DNA of 64,000 bases, taken from NCBI GenBank assembly GCA_964106915.2, contig OZ066922.1; one strand, 5' to 3'. Below, one piece after another: positions 50,788 to 61,858 of the stretch. The notes below the pieces were generated by a model. The model made no database searches. It saw only the letters and a program-made list of their open reading frames with translations, and had not been told where the DNA came from. Each line of letters begins with the position of its first letter. Within the stretch, counting starts at the first letter, position 1. The DNA comes from Podarcis gaigeae. Lineage: Eukaryota. The position numbers were made by a program, and so were the translations under genes.

Positions 50788-51314
50788 CTGAAAGATGGAA
50801 GCCTATGATCAAATACAAAGTATGGATGCATTGCAACATTTATTCTCATGCTGATCAGAATTTATCCTTAGTATTAACCACGACTCATTTCCTAAACATT
50901 TCCTGATCAGATAATATAGGTGTTAAAGCACCACATTTAAGCACTTATCAGATACAAAAGGAATAATTACAGGTACTACGCTAATTCAGGTGTGCAAACA
51001 TTGCCATGTTCCGCAAAGCCATCTCACCTTGCGGAAAAAATAATTCCACCACTCCACAAGATTATCAATATGAATTTATGGGTTAAAACAAAATCTATGT
51101 CATTATCCTAATGCTATCTTTTGTTAGCTATTCAGAAAATAAATATATATTGTCTATATCTCTTCCCAGTTCTGTCACTGGGACTGTTCTGAAGAAAGCA
51201 GGAAAGAAATCACTCTCATTTCACATGCTACTACCAAAGCTCTAGAATGAGAATAATTATTTATTTCCATATTTTAAATGCACAGGCTTCTTTTTTCCAA
51301 CGTTCTTATCATGG

Positions 51315-51773
51315 TATCAGGGGACTGCCATCGGAACAGGGGAGGGAGGCAGGGGGATACAGAGAGCCTCCCATGCTTCTGAGGAGCAGCTCCTCGTCCA
51401 GCAGTGGGGAAAGCCACACCTCCAGCGGAGAAGAGAGGGAAGGGGGCAGCCAAGCAAAGGGAGGGCTCAAAGATGCTGCTGAGAGCCCAAGCGCCTCACC
51501 TAGCCCAGCTGGCCAGGAGGCACACATAACGTTTCCATCGCCCAGCTTACACAGAGGGGTGAAACGTAAAGAGGGGAGGTAGAGATTCGGGGTGTCTAAG
51601 TTCTTGTGTTGGGGGAGAAACCGGAAGGGGCCACTCCCGGAATCTGCAAGTGACTAAGACGGACATGAACTTTGTGGTTCTGCACTGTAAATAGTTTGCA
51701 CCAATAAAACCTGTAAAAGACAGGTTGGAGTCCTGCCTGGTTACTCATGAGCAACCACCACCCTCACCTGACA
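51315..51773 (+). mobile_element. Solo LTR (Gypsy-like), 459 bp
   Basis: TATCAGG...CCTGACA termini (the 5' TG has mutated), 5-bp TSD catgg, AATAAA at about 51703. Confidence 0.75.
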
Positions 51774-51849
51774 CATGGTTTATAGATAGTATAATAAAAC
51801 AAGCAATTTAGCATTTAAACAATTAAATGCTCAAAGTCTTGTGGTCTTG

Positions 51850-52110
51850 TCACTTAGACTTGTGGTTGTGGTTGTGGTCTGAGTCTTTAGTGTTGACTGA
51901 AGACCTGAGAGGACTGGCACTGTGTAGCCTTTTCTTCTTAGGCAAGGCTTTCTTCTTTTCATTAGCTACCATGAGGACCTTCTTTAAGGAACTACCGAAG
52001 AGCTTCACTCCTGAGAAAAAAGGGCCTACCAACTGGAAGATGGGATCCACATTTGAGTGATGGAGCTGCTAAAGGACCATTGGCTGCCATAGATCTTGCT
52101 GTGAGGTTTG
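51850..52110 (-). mobile_element. Decayed DIRS-like gag (LAP2alpha-like) fragment
   Basis: LTARSMAAN, then after a frameshift PFFSGVKLFGSSLKKVL..KKKALP, resembling the DIRS gag ARSMA..PFxGxxLFG pattern (from memory). Confidence 0.45.
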
Positions 52111-52627
52111 TGGTATTAAGTAACAAATATGGGAGAAGCAGCTCCTGTTTCCACCCTAGCAAATGCTGAGTTACAGCACAATCCTATTCATGTCTACTCA
52201 GAAGTAAGTCCGACTGAATTCATTAGGACTTATTTTCAGGTAAGTGGGACTAAAGTTGCTTAGTCACTGAGGCCTCAAAACTCTTATTTAAAACCAAGTC
52301 AGTGCATTTTCATACGCGAATCCTTTGAGGTTTCCCCTATAATGCAAATCCTTTGAGGCCTCAACCACTGCCTTGTACCCAAGGGTCCTGCACCCTACCC
52401 TTGTCACTGAGAAGAGGGGAAAGTGTAGTTTGTCACTGAATGGCTTGCCTGCTCCTGAAAATAAGCCAACGGTGAAGTCAAATGGAAGAAAGCCCAAGGG
52501 CAAGGGACTGCAACTTTGCAGGTGTCTATTGCCTGCTCTGCTTGCCCAGCCCTGAGAAGGCAGCAAAGGCAGGAGAGAAAAATGGGAGTAAAAACAGAAA
52601 GGCTATGAGGAATTGTACCTCCTTTTG

Positions 52628-53063
52628 ATAGAATCATAGAGTTGTAAGGGACCCCCAAGGATCATCTCGTCCAACCCCCTGCAAATAATCCTTGACAGAT
52701 CCAACCTCTGTTCAAAAACCTCCAGTGAAGGATACTCCACCACATTCTGAGATTGCCTATCAGAAAGTTCTTCCTGATGTTTAGTTGGAATCTCCTTCCT
52801 TGTAATTTGGATTCTTTGGATTTGGTCCTACTCTCTGGAGCAGGAGCAAACAAGCTCACTCCACCTTCTACGTGATTGACAGTCCTTCAGATATCTGAAG
52901 TAGGCTATCATATCTCCTCTCATTTTCCTGTTTCCCAGGCGAAACATACCCAACTCCTTTAACCATTCATCTTAAGGCTTGGTTTCCAGAGGCTTGATCA
53001 TCTTGGTCGCCCTCCACTGCACATGTTCCAGCTTGTCAATATCCTTCTCAAACTGTGGTGCCC
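52628..53063 (-). mobile_element. CR1 LINE 3' end
   Basis: [27 protein letters not shown] and SKLQGRRFQLNIRKNFL frames, ATTCTAT tail. Confidence 0.85.
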
Positions 53064-54025
53064 CCTCTGCCCAGTTGTTCCTCTCTGCCCAGTCCACTTG
53101 AACTTGAGGGGATGGTGTAACAGGATAGAGAAAAGGGCAGGTGTATTTCAAGTTCATCATGCTGCCTCCACTTCCCTGCTGCCCTAGACCAGCAGAAAAG
53201 GCCAAGGAAAATGCCTTCCTGCAACCATGTAGTTTAGGAAAGAAGCAGGCAGCTCAAGCATACTTTCTTGTCTGCCAAGTGCTCCCCAAAGAAAAGTAAG
53301 CCCCAACTGATTCCTTTGAAGAAATGGCGGGGTGGGGAGAAGTACAAGAATTGCTGCAAAACAATGTAGCATCTGGCTAATCTAGACTCTGCTTCTCCCT
53401 CCCCATCACAAGCCAGAAAGGGATGGCAGAAAAGACTCAGCCCCCATAGAGCTCACCTATCTTCACCTGCATCATACTTTTTTAAAGAAAAAAACCTAAG
53501 CCCTTGTTGAAGATGTGTCATGTAAGATGTGTCATTAAAATAAAAGAGAGCATAAAAAGAAGAGCACAGATCCCGCTTTTGAGATGTAAGGCAGGACAAT
53601 TCTAGAGACTGGGAGCTCCTCTCCAGCAGAGGAGTCAAAGTTCAAGCCGGCCTTATCTCATTCTGATGCAACAAGGGTGGGAGGATAACCCTGAAATGTC
53701 TAGAGCATGTCCACCTTACTAGAACAGGGTAACCATGAAGATCAGTTACAGGTCATTTTGGGGGGGGTGCTTTCCTCCACTTTTACTTTTTATTTTTAAT
53801 ATTGAGAACCTATTGGCACACACTTTTTATGTGACATAAAGCTCTTGATGCATTTTTAAAAAATGTTACAGCACATACAAAAATGTCTTATATATATATA
53901 ATCAAAGAGCAGATAAAAGCAATGTGATGTAAAATTCCACTTATGATACCTATTGTTCCAAAAATGTAAATTATTCTGAGAGGTCTCCAAAGAGGTTGCT
54001 GGAATAACATGTTTTACCTAAGAAA

Positions 54026-54174
54026 CAAACATACAAACAGAATTCCTTCCAGTAGCACCTTAGAGACCAACTAAGTTTGTTACTGGTATGAGCTTTTGTC
54101 TAAGGTGCTACTGGAAGGAATTATTTTGTTTATGTTTCAACTATGGCAGACCAACACAGCTACCTACCTGTAAC
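54026..54174. mobile_element. Short Penelope-like remnant with inverted arms
   Basis: 24-bp inverted repeat aattccttccagtagcaccttaga (54041-54064 / 54099-54122), flanking direct repeat ttacctaagaaa. Confidence 0.6.
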
Positions 54175-55146
54175 TTACCTAAGAAAGTTTGTTTAATTTT
54201 TTTGTTAGCCATTCAACGTGAGTAAGATTAATTTAAGGCAATAAATAAAATATTTCTCAAGAATTATGAACTTTTCTTGAAACTGTACATTTTACATGTC
54301 CATGCAAGATTACCAACAGGGGGAGGCAAGTGTACTTCAGTATTTATTACAGCATGAATTTCAGTCCAATATAAGTTAATTTTAATATATATGATGCTTC
54401 AAAAACCCAATATATTACATGCATTAAAAAGAAATCTCTGCCTATCCATTCATTATCACAGCCATTTCTTATGGGAAGAATGGGATGGGAATAGAGAAGA
54501 GGCAATTGTCACTGGGGAGGAAAGGCTGAAGAACAGAGACAAATGGAGGCAGCATGTAACTAGCTAGAAAAGAATGCAAGTGGAATTAGTTAATTGAAAG
54601 GTGTGGGTCTTTTGAAAGGCAGCTAGCCTATACTGTAGACGGTTTCATCAGAAAAAAAACTAGGGATAATCTTATATTACGCTGTGTTTATTTATTTATA
54701 TTATGCCCCGCAGCTTGTGTTTAATATACACCAGCAGACTGAGAGGACCCGGCCCACAGCCTGGCCTTCTTAATATAGAAATGGTTCGAAACTGAATCCA
54801 AGATTTGGTTTGATAGAGGAGGGATCAACTGATCCGCGCAGGCTTCCAGGCCCCTTCCATATCCTCTTTCTATAATTAGCGCGCCCTCCGGCCACCAGAA
54901 CAGGAAGGGAAAAGGAAGAGCCGCGAGACGGACAAGGGCAGCGAGGGGGGCGAGAGGCGCGGCGGGGAGAGAGCGCTCGCCCTCGCCTCCTTCCCTTCTT
55001 CTCCGGGCGCCTCTCCAAAGGCGCACGGCGTCCCCTGGCTCTCCCTCTCGCGCGTCTCATTGCGAAGGGGGGGGAAAGCAAAGAGGAAAGAGCGAAAAGC
55101 CCCTTTGTCCCGTCCCGTCCCCCGTTTCCCCCGCTCCCGGACTCAC

Positions 55147-55192
55147 CCGCCACCGGCGAAGGTTTGCGCAGCACCGCCCATCGGTTCTTCCA
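55147..55192 (-). CDS. DOK7: DOK7 exon 2 (WKNRWAVLRKPSPVA)
   Basis: 46 nt, cag acceptor, gtgagt donor, in frame with exons 1 and 3. Confidence 0.92.
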
Positions 55193-55344
55193 CTGCGGAG
55201 ACAGAAAGAGAGACAAGGCGTTGGTGGCGGCGCGCCTGCCCTCGCCCCTCTCCCGCGCCCAGCCCCTCCGGCAGCCCCCCGACCCCCCCCCCACAGCCCG
55301 ACCCCCCCAGCCCCCAGGCAGACAACGCAGGCCGCGGCGGGCAC

Positions 55345-55401
55345 CTTTTTGCCGTCTCTCCACTTGAGCGGGCCCTCCACCACCACCGCGGAATCCGTCA
55401 T
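55345..55401 (-). CDS. DOK7: DOK7 exon 1 (MTDSAVVVEGPLKWRDGKK), PH domain start
   Basis: ATG at 55401, donor AAG|gtgc. Matches the DOK7 N-terminus (human MTEAALVEGQVKLRDGKK). Confidence 0.9.
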
Positions 55402-55931
55402 CTTCAGTCATGATTTCCGACAGCTGCTGCCGGCTGGGCTGAGCTGCTGCGGGGGTCACTTTCAAAATAGCTTTATTGGGTCACTGCTGCGAGTGGGAGC
55501 AGGCGGGGCGGAGGCGAGCCGGAGGGAGGCGGCCGGAGAGCCCGACGGGGCGGCAGGGCTGGTGGCGTTGGGGCACCTGGGTCGAGCCCCAAACGGGCGC
55601 CACCTCCTCCTCCTTCTCCTCCCCGCCAGCGAAGAAGGCACCAGGAATAGGGGGAGAAGAAAGACCGAAACCTGCCACCCAAGGGGGACTAGCCCTTGCA
55701 AGGAGCACCCTGCTTGCTGCCTCGCCTTCTCTCTGGCTTGAGCTCATTGCTCATCAAAAGTTAGTGGCGAGCAGTGAAGCTATCAGGTCTACAATACCAA
55801 AAACAAGTAGAAGCCCCAAAGGATTTCTCCTAATTGAACGGGGAGAAAATTGGCAAACACAGTTCAACATAAGCAAGTGTAAAGTGATGCACTAAGGGGA
55901 ACCCTCCCAAAAAAGCCCCTAAATGCACATA

Positions 55932-56157
55932 AAGTGGTACCTCGGGTTAAGAACTTAATTCATTCTGGAGGTCTGTTCTTATCCTGAAACTGTTCTTAAC
56001 CTGAAGCACCACTTTAGCTAATGGAGCCTCCTGCTGCTGCCACGCCGCCAGAGCACAATTTCTGTTCTCATCCTGAAGCAAAGTTCTTAACCCAAGGTAC
56101 GATTCCTGGGTTAGCGGAGTCTGTAACCTGAAGCATCTGTAACCTGAGGTACCACTG
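55932..56157. mobile_element. Tc1/mariner-type MITE family A
   Basis: TIRs, TA TSD. Confidence 0.8.
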
Positions 56158-56849
56158 TATATGTGCTGAATAGAACTGATAGTGACTGACCATTAATAAG
56201 ATACTGAAATTGTAGTGAGTAGCTTTAAGAGAAGGAAGACTTTGATCCTAAACCCCTGATGCCTTGCAGCTACACTAATTAGTGGGAAAGGCTTTGGGAG
56301 TAAACCGTGAGGAAAAATCTGTACCTGCTGGCTTGTGGGACATCTTTGGGAGTAAATCCTACACAAATCTGGAGTGGAGTCCCTAAGGCTCCTTCCGGCA
56401 ATTCCTTCAGCCAAACTAGTTCCAAACGTATTTCTCTTGCTTTCCTTTGGACCACATCAGCGAGGTGAAGAGGGGGGGTCTTGTTGCTTGAGAAGCCCAG
56501 GGTCTCCAGACACGCTGCCCAGGCTTGTACTCCAAAGCGTTGATAGCTTGATGATGTTGGCCCAGGATGTGGCAAATGTGAAAAAAGCAAATTCCATGCT
56601 AGGAATCTTTAGGAATGGGATTGTAAATAAAATCGACTGTCCTAAATGCTGAACTCTATGGTGTGACCACACTGTTTTACCTCAAAAATAATATTGTAGA
56701 GTGGGGAAAACTCCCAAGATGACCAAGGGGATGGTGCAACTGCCCTTAGAGGAAAGGTTGCAACATTTGTAGCTTTTTAATTTAGATGAAAGGTAAGAAG
56801 CGTGCACGATACTTTACAGGCCCCTTTTATGCAGGGGTTGAGTTCTGAG

Positions 56850-56932
56850 CATAGCTGTCCCTTTTCTTGTGAGGAATCCTATTCGGAATAAGGGAATTTC
56901 CCTTTAAAAAAAGGGAGACGTTGACAGCTATG
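56850..56932. mobile_element. 83-bp hAT-type MITE
   Basis: TIR CATAGCTGTC/GACAGCTATG, perfect 8-bp TSD gttctgag. Confidence 0.85.
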
Positions 56933-57559
56933 GTTCTGAGGTGCACATCAGGATGCATGTAAGCCTGCCCCGTCCCGCTTGTGGTGTGTCAGGGGTTGCA
57001 TGCATGCCAATTGTGTTATGGGTCCTGTTATGGAGAAAGTGGACAGAGAAGTATTTCCTGTTGCACGGTACTAGAACTTGGGGTCATTCAATAAAGTGGA
57101 CTGTTGTTAAGGCTGATCAATGGCTCATAAAACTGGCATTTGCTCTCATGAGACGAAGCAATGGCCACCAACTTGGATGGCTTTAAGAGAGGATCAGACA
57201 AATCCAGGGAGGACAAGGCTGTTGGGCCACTAGTGGTTCTGCCTTCGCTGCCCTTGGTGCCTTTCAATGCCGGTTTCTGGGAGACGCAGGAGACTGTGGT
57301 GGCTGCACCCCGTGTCTGCTTATGCCTTCCCACGTCCCTCTGCCCGGCCATTGCGAGACGAGGATGCTGGAGGAGATTGGGCCTTGGCCTAACCTGCTGA
57401 CTAGGCACTTCTCTTCCGAGTAGTTTTGTGCAGTTTTTCAAAATTAAAATTAACCCTCAGTTTGAGAATAAATGTGTGTGATGTGGCGATTCCTGTCATT
57501 ATTTTCGAAGCACGTAGGTCAAAAGGGGCTGTTTCAAGAGCTCATTTTATTTAGGAGCT

Positions 57560-57889
57560 TTGTGGGGGGGGGGGGTTCCGCCTTTCCTCTCAAAACTCGG
57601 GGCAAGGACTGAACTTCCCACCAGGCCTCACGCGTCGGGGCCTCCGAGCGGCCGGCGGGCGGGCGGGCGGGCGGGCGGGGAGGGGCATGGTGGGAGTTGT
57701 AGTCTCTCGAAAACTGCCGCCTCCCGCCACGCCAGCTCGTCGGGCCAGCCGAGGGCCCCGTGATTGACAGCCCGCCTCGGCCAGTGGCCGACGGGGCCGT
57801 AGTCAAGGCGGGCCCGGCGGGCATCACCCTGGCAACGGAGTCGGGGCGAGAGAGCTGGCTCCTCTGAGGGAGACCTGCTTGGGTGGTCT
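57560..57889. promoter_or_regulatory. CpG-island promoter, probably for a non-coding first exon of RGS12, truncated by the gap
   Basis: ZNF143/SBS-type GACTACAACTCCCACCATGC (57685-57704, -), second SBS-like site at 57606-57627, (GGGC)n Sp1 boxes, TGATTGACAG (57761-57770), X-box-like ATCACCCTGGCAAC (57823-57836). Confidence 0.7.
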
Positions 57890-58089
57890 NNNNNNNNNNN
57901 NNNNNNNNNNNNNNNNNNNNNNNNNNNNNNNNNNNNNNNNNNNNNNNNNNNNNNNNNNNNNNNNNNNNNNNNNNNNNNNNNNNNNNNNNNNNNNNNNNNN
58001 NNNNNNNNNNNNNNNNNNNNNNNNNNNNNNNNNNNNNNNNNNNNNNNNNNNNNNNNNNNNNNNNNNNNNNNNNNNNNNNNNNNNNNNNN
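57890..58089. other. Assembly gap (200 N)
   Basis: Run of exactly 200 N, a typical scaffolding placeholder. Confidence 0.99.
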
Positions 58090-58214
58090 GGGGGGCCCGG
58101 CCCGCACCGGGCGCAACATCTGGGCGGTTAGAGTTAGGGGGCGCAAAATCCACGGGTTAGGGGGTGCAAATTACTTCCCTTGCCCGGGTGCTGACAACCC
58201 ACGCTACGCCACTG
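58090..58214 (-). mobile_element. hAT-type MITE (CAGTGGCGTAGCGTGGG TIR), copy 3, running into the gap
   Basis: Reverse complement of the 4324 and 6820 element. Confidence 0.85.
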
Positions 58215-59282
58215 CTTCCGAGGCAGGGAGCGAAGAGTACGGAGCAGCCAGGCGGTTGCCACAATAGAGGCAAGTGTGTGCAGCGAGCGGATCCTCCTCC
58301 TCGGAGCTTGGAATGGGAGCTCCGCAGCTTGTGCATGCACAGGGATGAGTAGCGAGGCGGCCCAAGTTTTATTCCTGCCTGTTCGCTCAAAACACTCTTT
58401 ATCCCGCTCTTCAGCCAAAGAGAGCTTCCGAAGCAGCAGCTCACAAGTTGCCTACCAGTAATGAGTTTGCAGGTGGTGGCAGATTATTCAGAGCACAATG
58501 AAATCCCAAGGAGAGTTTGAAGAGCTTTGAAAGGACCCCACTCTGAACTGGGTGGAATGGCCAGGTGCGGATCCTATGCCAAGGAGAGCTTTCTGGGATA
58601 ACAAAGTTCACTTCACCTAAAGGGTGGTGGAAAATGGAAAGGGAATATTGGCTAATGATAGGAGGTACATTTTAAATGGCAAGACATGCATGCGATGAAG
58701 GATACCAGTGATATGTCTCCTGTAATGAAGTTGGAGGACTCAAAATGCACTGCATATGGGTCTGCCTTTGTAGGCAGTTTTGAAATTTCAACTAACACAG
58801 GATGCAACTATCTAGAGACTTGTCATGTGGTCAGAACATGGTACACCAGTATTGTACCAGTTGGTTGCCTGTATGCTTCTGGGTGCTGCTACTAACTTCT
58901 AAAGTTGTACAGTAAATGGTTTGAAGTAAAGTGATTTCAAGGACCACCTGCACCCACATGAACCTGCTTGGGCCTTGAGATCGGTATTTGCAACCCTTCT
59001 CATTGATATACCTGTAAGATCTGTTAAATAGACAGGCTGGCAGGCCCTTCACAGTGTGCCCCATCGCAGCGAAATTAACATTTCTGATACCTCACTTCTG
59101 TCCTGGGGGCATTAAGAATATATTCTTTACATATAGTTTTCTTTACATCTTATATGTCTCTTCCTCCATGCTCCCTTTTCCAGTCTGTTGCAGACCTTAG
59201 GACTAACTCTAGCTTGTTGATACTATTGCGGTAATGTTTTAGCTACATAAGTGCAAACACTGAAAAAAAACCCTGATATTTC

Positions 59283-59421
59283 TGTTGGAGCATGGTGCTG
59301 ATAATGCCCGTGTTACAGGTTTGATCTCTGTATGGGACAGCTGCATATTCCTGTAGTGTAGGGGGTTGGATTAGATGATCCTCAGGGTCCCCTCCAACTC
59401 AACAATTCTGTGATTCTATGA
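59283..59421 (+). mobile_element. tRNA-head / CR1-tail SINE
   Basis: Tail gattagatgatcctcagggtccc..ccaactc..caattctgtgattctatgat. Confidence 0.65.
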
Positions 59422-59937
59422 TACCATGAAATAGTATCTCATTATTTTTAGTTAATTACGGGATCTGATGTTGGTTTATAACTGTTGGGTTTTTAATTGT
59501 GTTTTAAATAATTTAATTGTTTTTAGGGATTGCTTGATTGGACTTAGATTTTTCTAACTTCTATTTTAAATTGTGGCACTTTATTTGATGTTAAGTATTT
59601 ACATTTTCATATTAGCCACATTGGGAGGTCTTTCCCCCCTAACACAGCTCCATTAATAAAATAAAAGTTGGTGTTAGGAAAGGGATGAAGTACCACAATG
59701 TCACTGTATCAATCTTTGGTGTACCCATGTTTAGAATATGGTGTGCAGTTCTCTGGCCACATTTTGAAAAAGGGTGTTGTAGATATGGATCAACTTCCAC
59801 CATTGAGCAATGTGAAGAAGTCACCGTGGGCAGCATATTACAGTCAAGCCAACATGTTCCATTTTTTCATTTCATTTCTGAGTGACATACAGCATAGTAC
59901 AAAACAAACAAACCATAAATTTCAAAATACATTTCTA

Positions 59938-60301
59938 AAGGTAAAAGGTAAAGGTACCCCTGCCCGTACGGGCCAGTCTTGACAGACTCTGGGGTTGTGC
60001 GCCCATCTCACTTAAGAGGCCAGGGGCCAGCGCTGTCCGGAGACACTTCCGGGTCACGTGGCCAGCGTGACAAAGCTGCATCTGGCGAGCCAGAGCCGCA
60101 CACAGAAACGCCGTTTACCTTCCCGCTGGTAAGCGGTCCCTATTTATCTACTTGCACCCGGAGGTGCTTTCGAACTGCTAGGTTGGCAGGCGCTGGGACC
60201 GAGCAGCGGGAGCGCACCCCGCTGCGGGGATTCGAACCGCCGACCTTTCGATCGGCAGGTCCTAGGCGCTGAGGCTTTAACCCACAGCGCCACCTGCGTC
60301 C
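59938..60301 (-). mobile_element. Sauria-type SINE (CpG-rich subfamily)
   Basis: Full length with (ACCTTT)n tail. Confidence 0.9.
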
Positions 60302-61858
60302 TACACAGCGCCACCTGCACCATTAAAACCATCCGAATAAAAAAACAACAACAGAGAATCCAGCAGCAAACAAACATTGCATAAAATTACTCTTTGATAT
60401 TAGAGGAGTTAAAAGGGTCAGATTAGAAGGCATGTTATAATAGAAATGATCTTGCCTGGCACCAAAATATTATTAAAATAGGATGTAGGTGAGCCTTTCT
60501 AGGGAGAGCATTCTACAAGCAAGGAACCAGTGCTGAGAAGGCCCTCTCTCTTTTAACTGCCTCATCTCAGTTTGAGGGAGTATGCAGAGAAGCCCTCTGC
60601 TGATGATACCAGGCCCAGAGAGGTACCCATGGGAAGGGGTGAGCCATTAGATACTGAGGTCCCAGGCTGTGGAGAAGCAGAGGGATTGGTCATGTAAGTT
60701 GCTAAGGGGAAGAGGTGTGCCAGAAGAGTTAGTTCACCCAGGCAGGAACCAAGCTGTCAAAGCTGGTCCTACCTTTAGGTGGTTTAAGGCAACTGCTTCA
60801 GGCAGAAGACTCCTGGCTAATTCCTCAGGTCCCTGGCTATAACCTTCAGTTGGAGGACAGAGCTCTGTGTGAGCTGCAAGGAACCCACACTGAACCCAGG
60901 AGACTTCAGGAATTGCTGAAGATTTAGTCTGAGACACAGAAAAGAAAGGGGAGGGACTCCTGTCCCATCCCAAGCATGGTTTCACCAACATCTCTTTAAC
61001 CAAGTAGTACACATGGAAAGAGTAGAAGTGTCCTCCATATGTTAGTTTGAATGTAACTAAATTGCTCCATGCTTGCTTGACATGCAGTTCCATTGAGCCT
61101 AATGGAACTTCTTTCCAAGAATGAAAGATTGCAGCCACTGTTACAGAATAAAATGGGGGACAAGATGATTAGAATTTTGAGGCTTTGAACAACGGATCCG
61201 TGATCACAATAAAAATGTCAGCAAATGGATGAATTAGGAAGTGTGAAAAGGTGTGAAATCTGAGTCTGCGGTACGGTATTTCTGGTCCTGTAAGCTCTAC
61301 TGTGTGCTAACAAGCCAGCACTGTACAGTACTAGAAAAATGTGACTTTTAAAGTTAAGGCTTTCAGTAGTGAGGCTCAATGCAATTTCTTGGAAGGATTG
61401 TTTTATATTACATGCTTTAAGTTCCTTGTATCTGCCTTTACAAAAGTGAATATCAGAATAGAAGGATCTGGTCTTTTAGGAACTGTCACAATTAACACTG
61501 TGGGACTAGATATGGAGCAAAATGAACAGAAGAAAGCCAGCAGTTCCATGGGCTTCTTGCTGAGAGTGAACTTGGCAGATGTTAGGTACTTGGGGAAGTA
61601 GTAGATGTGTCACTAATAAATAGTAGAGTTTGTGCTAGGTGCTTCTTTTGGTTAGGAGAGTTTGTACCTGGGTCAGCCTCCTTATATTACTACCACGTAT
61701 CTGAACAACAACAACAAAAGTGGGAATAGCAGATATATTTAAACAGTATTTTTCCCCTCTGTAGGATTCACTGGATAAAGACATGAAAATCCCTTGCCTG
61801 TATCCCAGGAAACATTAACACTGCATTGCACAGACTTTCTTTTCCAAGAAATACCAGC

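Larger units (their letters stand above)
54830..55700. promoter_or_regulatory. DOK7 promoter CpG island
   Basis: GC/CpG-rich block over exons 1-2, GC box, CAGCTG E-box at 55421-55426, A/T-rich element at about 55461-55477. Confidence 0.8.

Noticed and set aside
54770-55465. 231-aa ORF over DOK7 exons 1-2
   Set aside because: Intron read-through in a GC-rich island. Only the exon-2 segment is in the DOK7 frame.
61826-61858. RGS12 start at 61826 and the tail VRMFM to 63721
   Set aside because: The start is a TTG; homology begins at ATG 61859. The tail is intron read-through past the donor at 63703.
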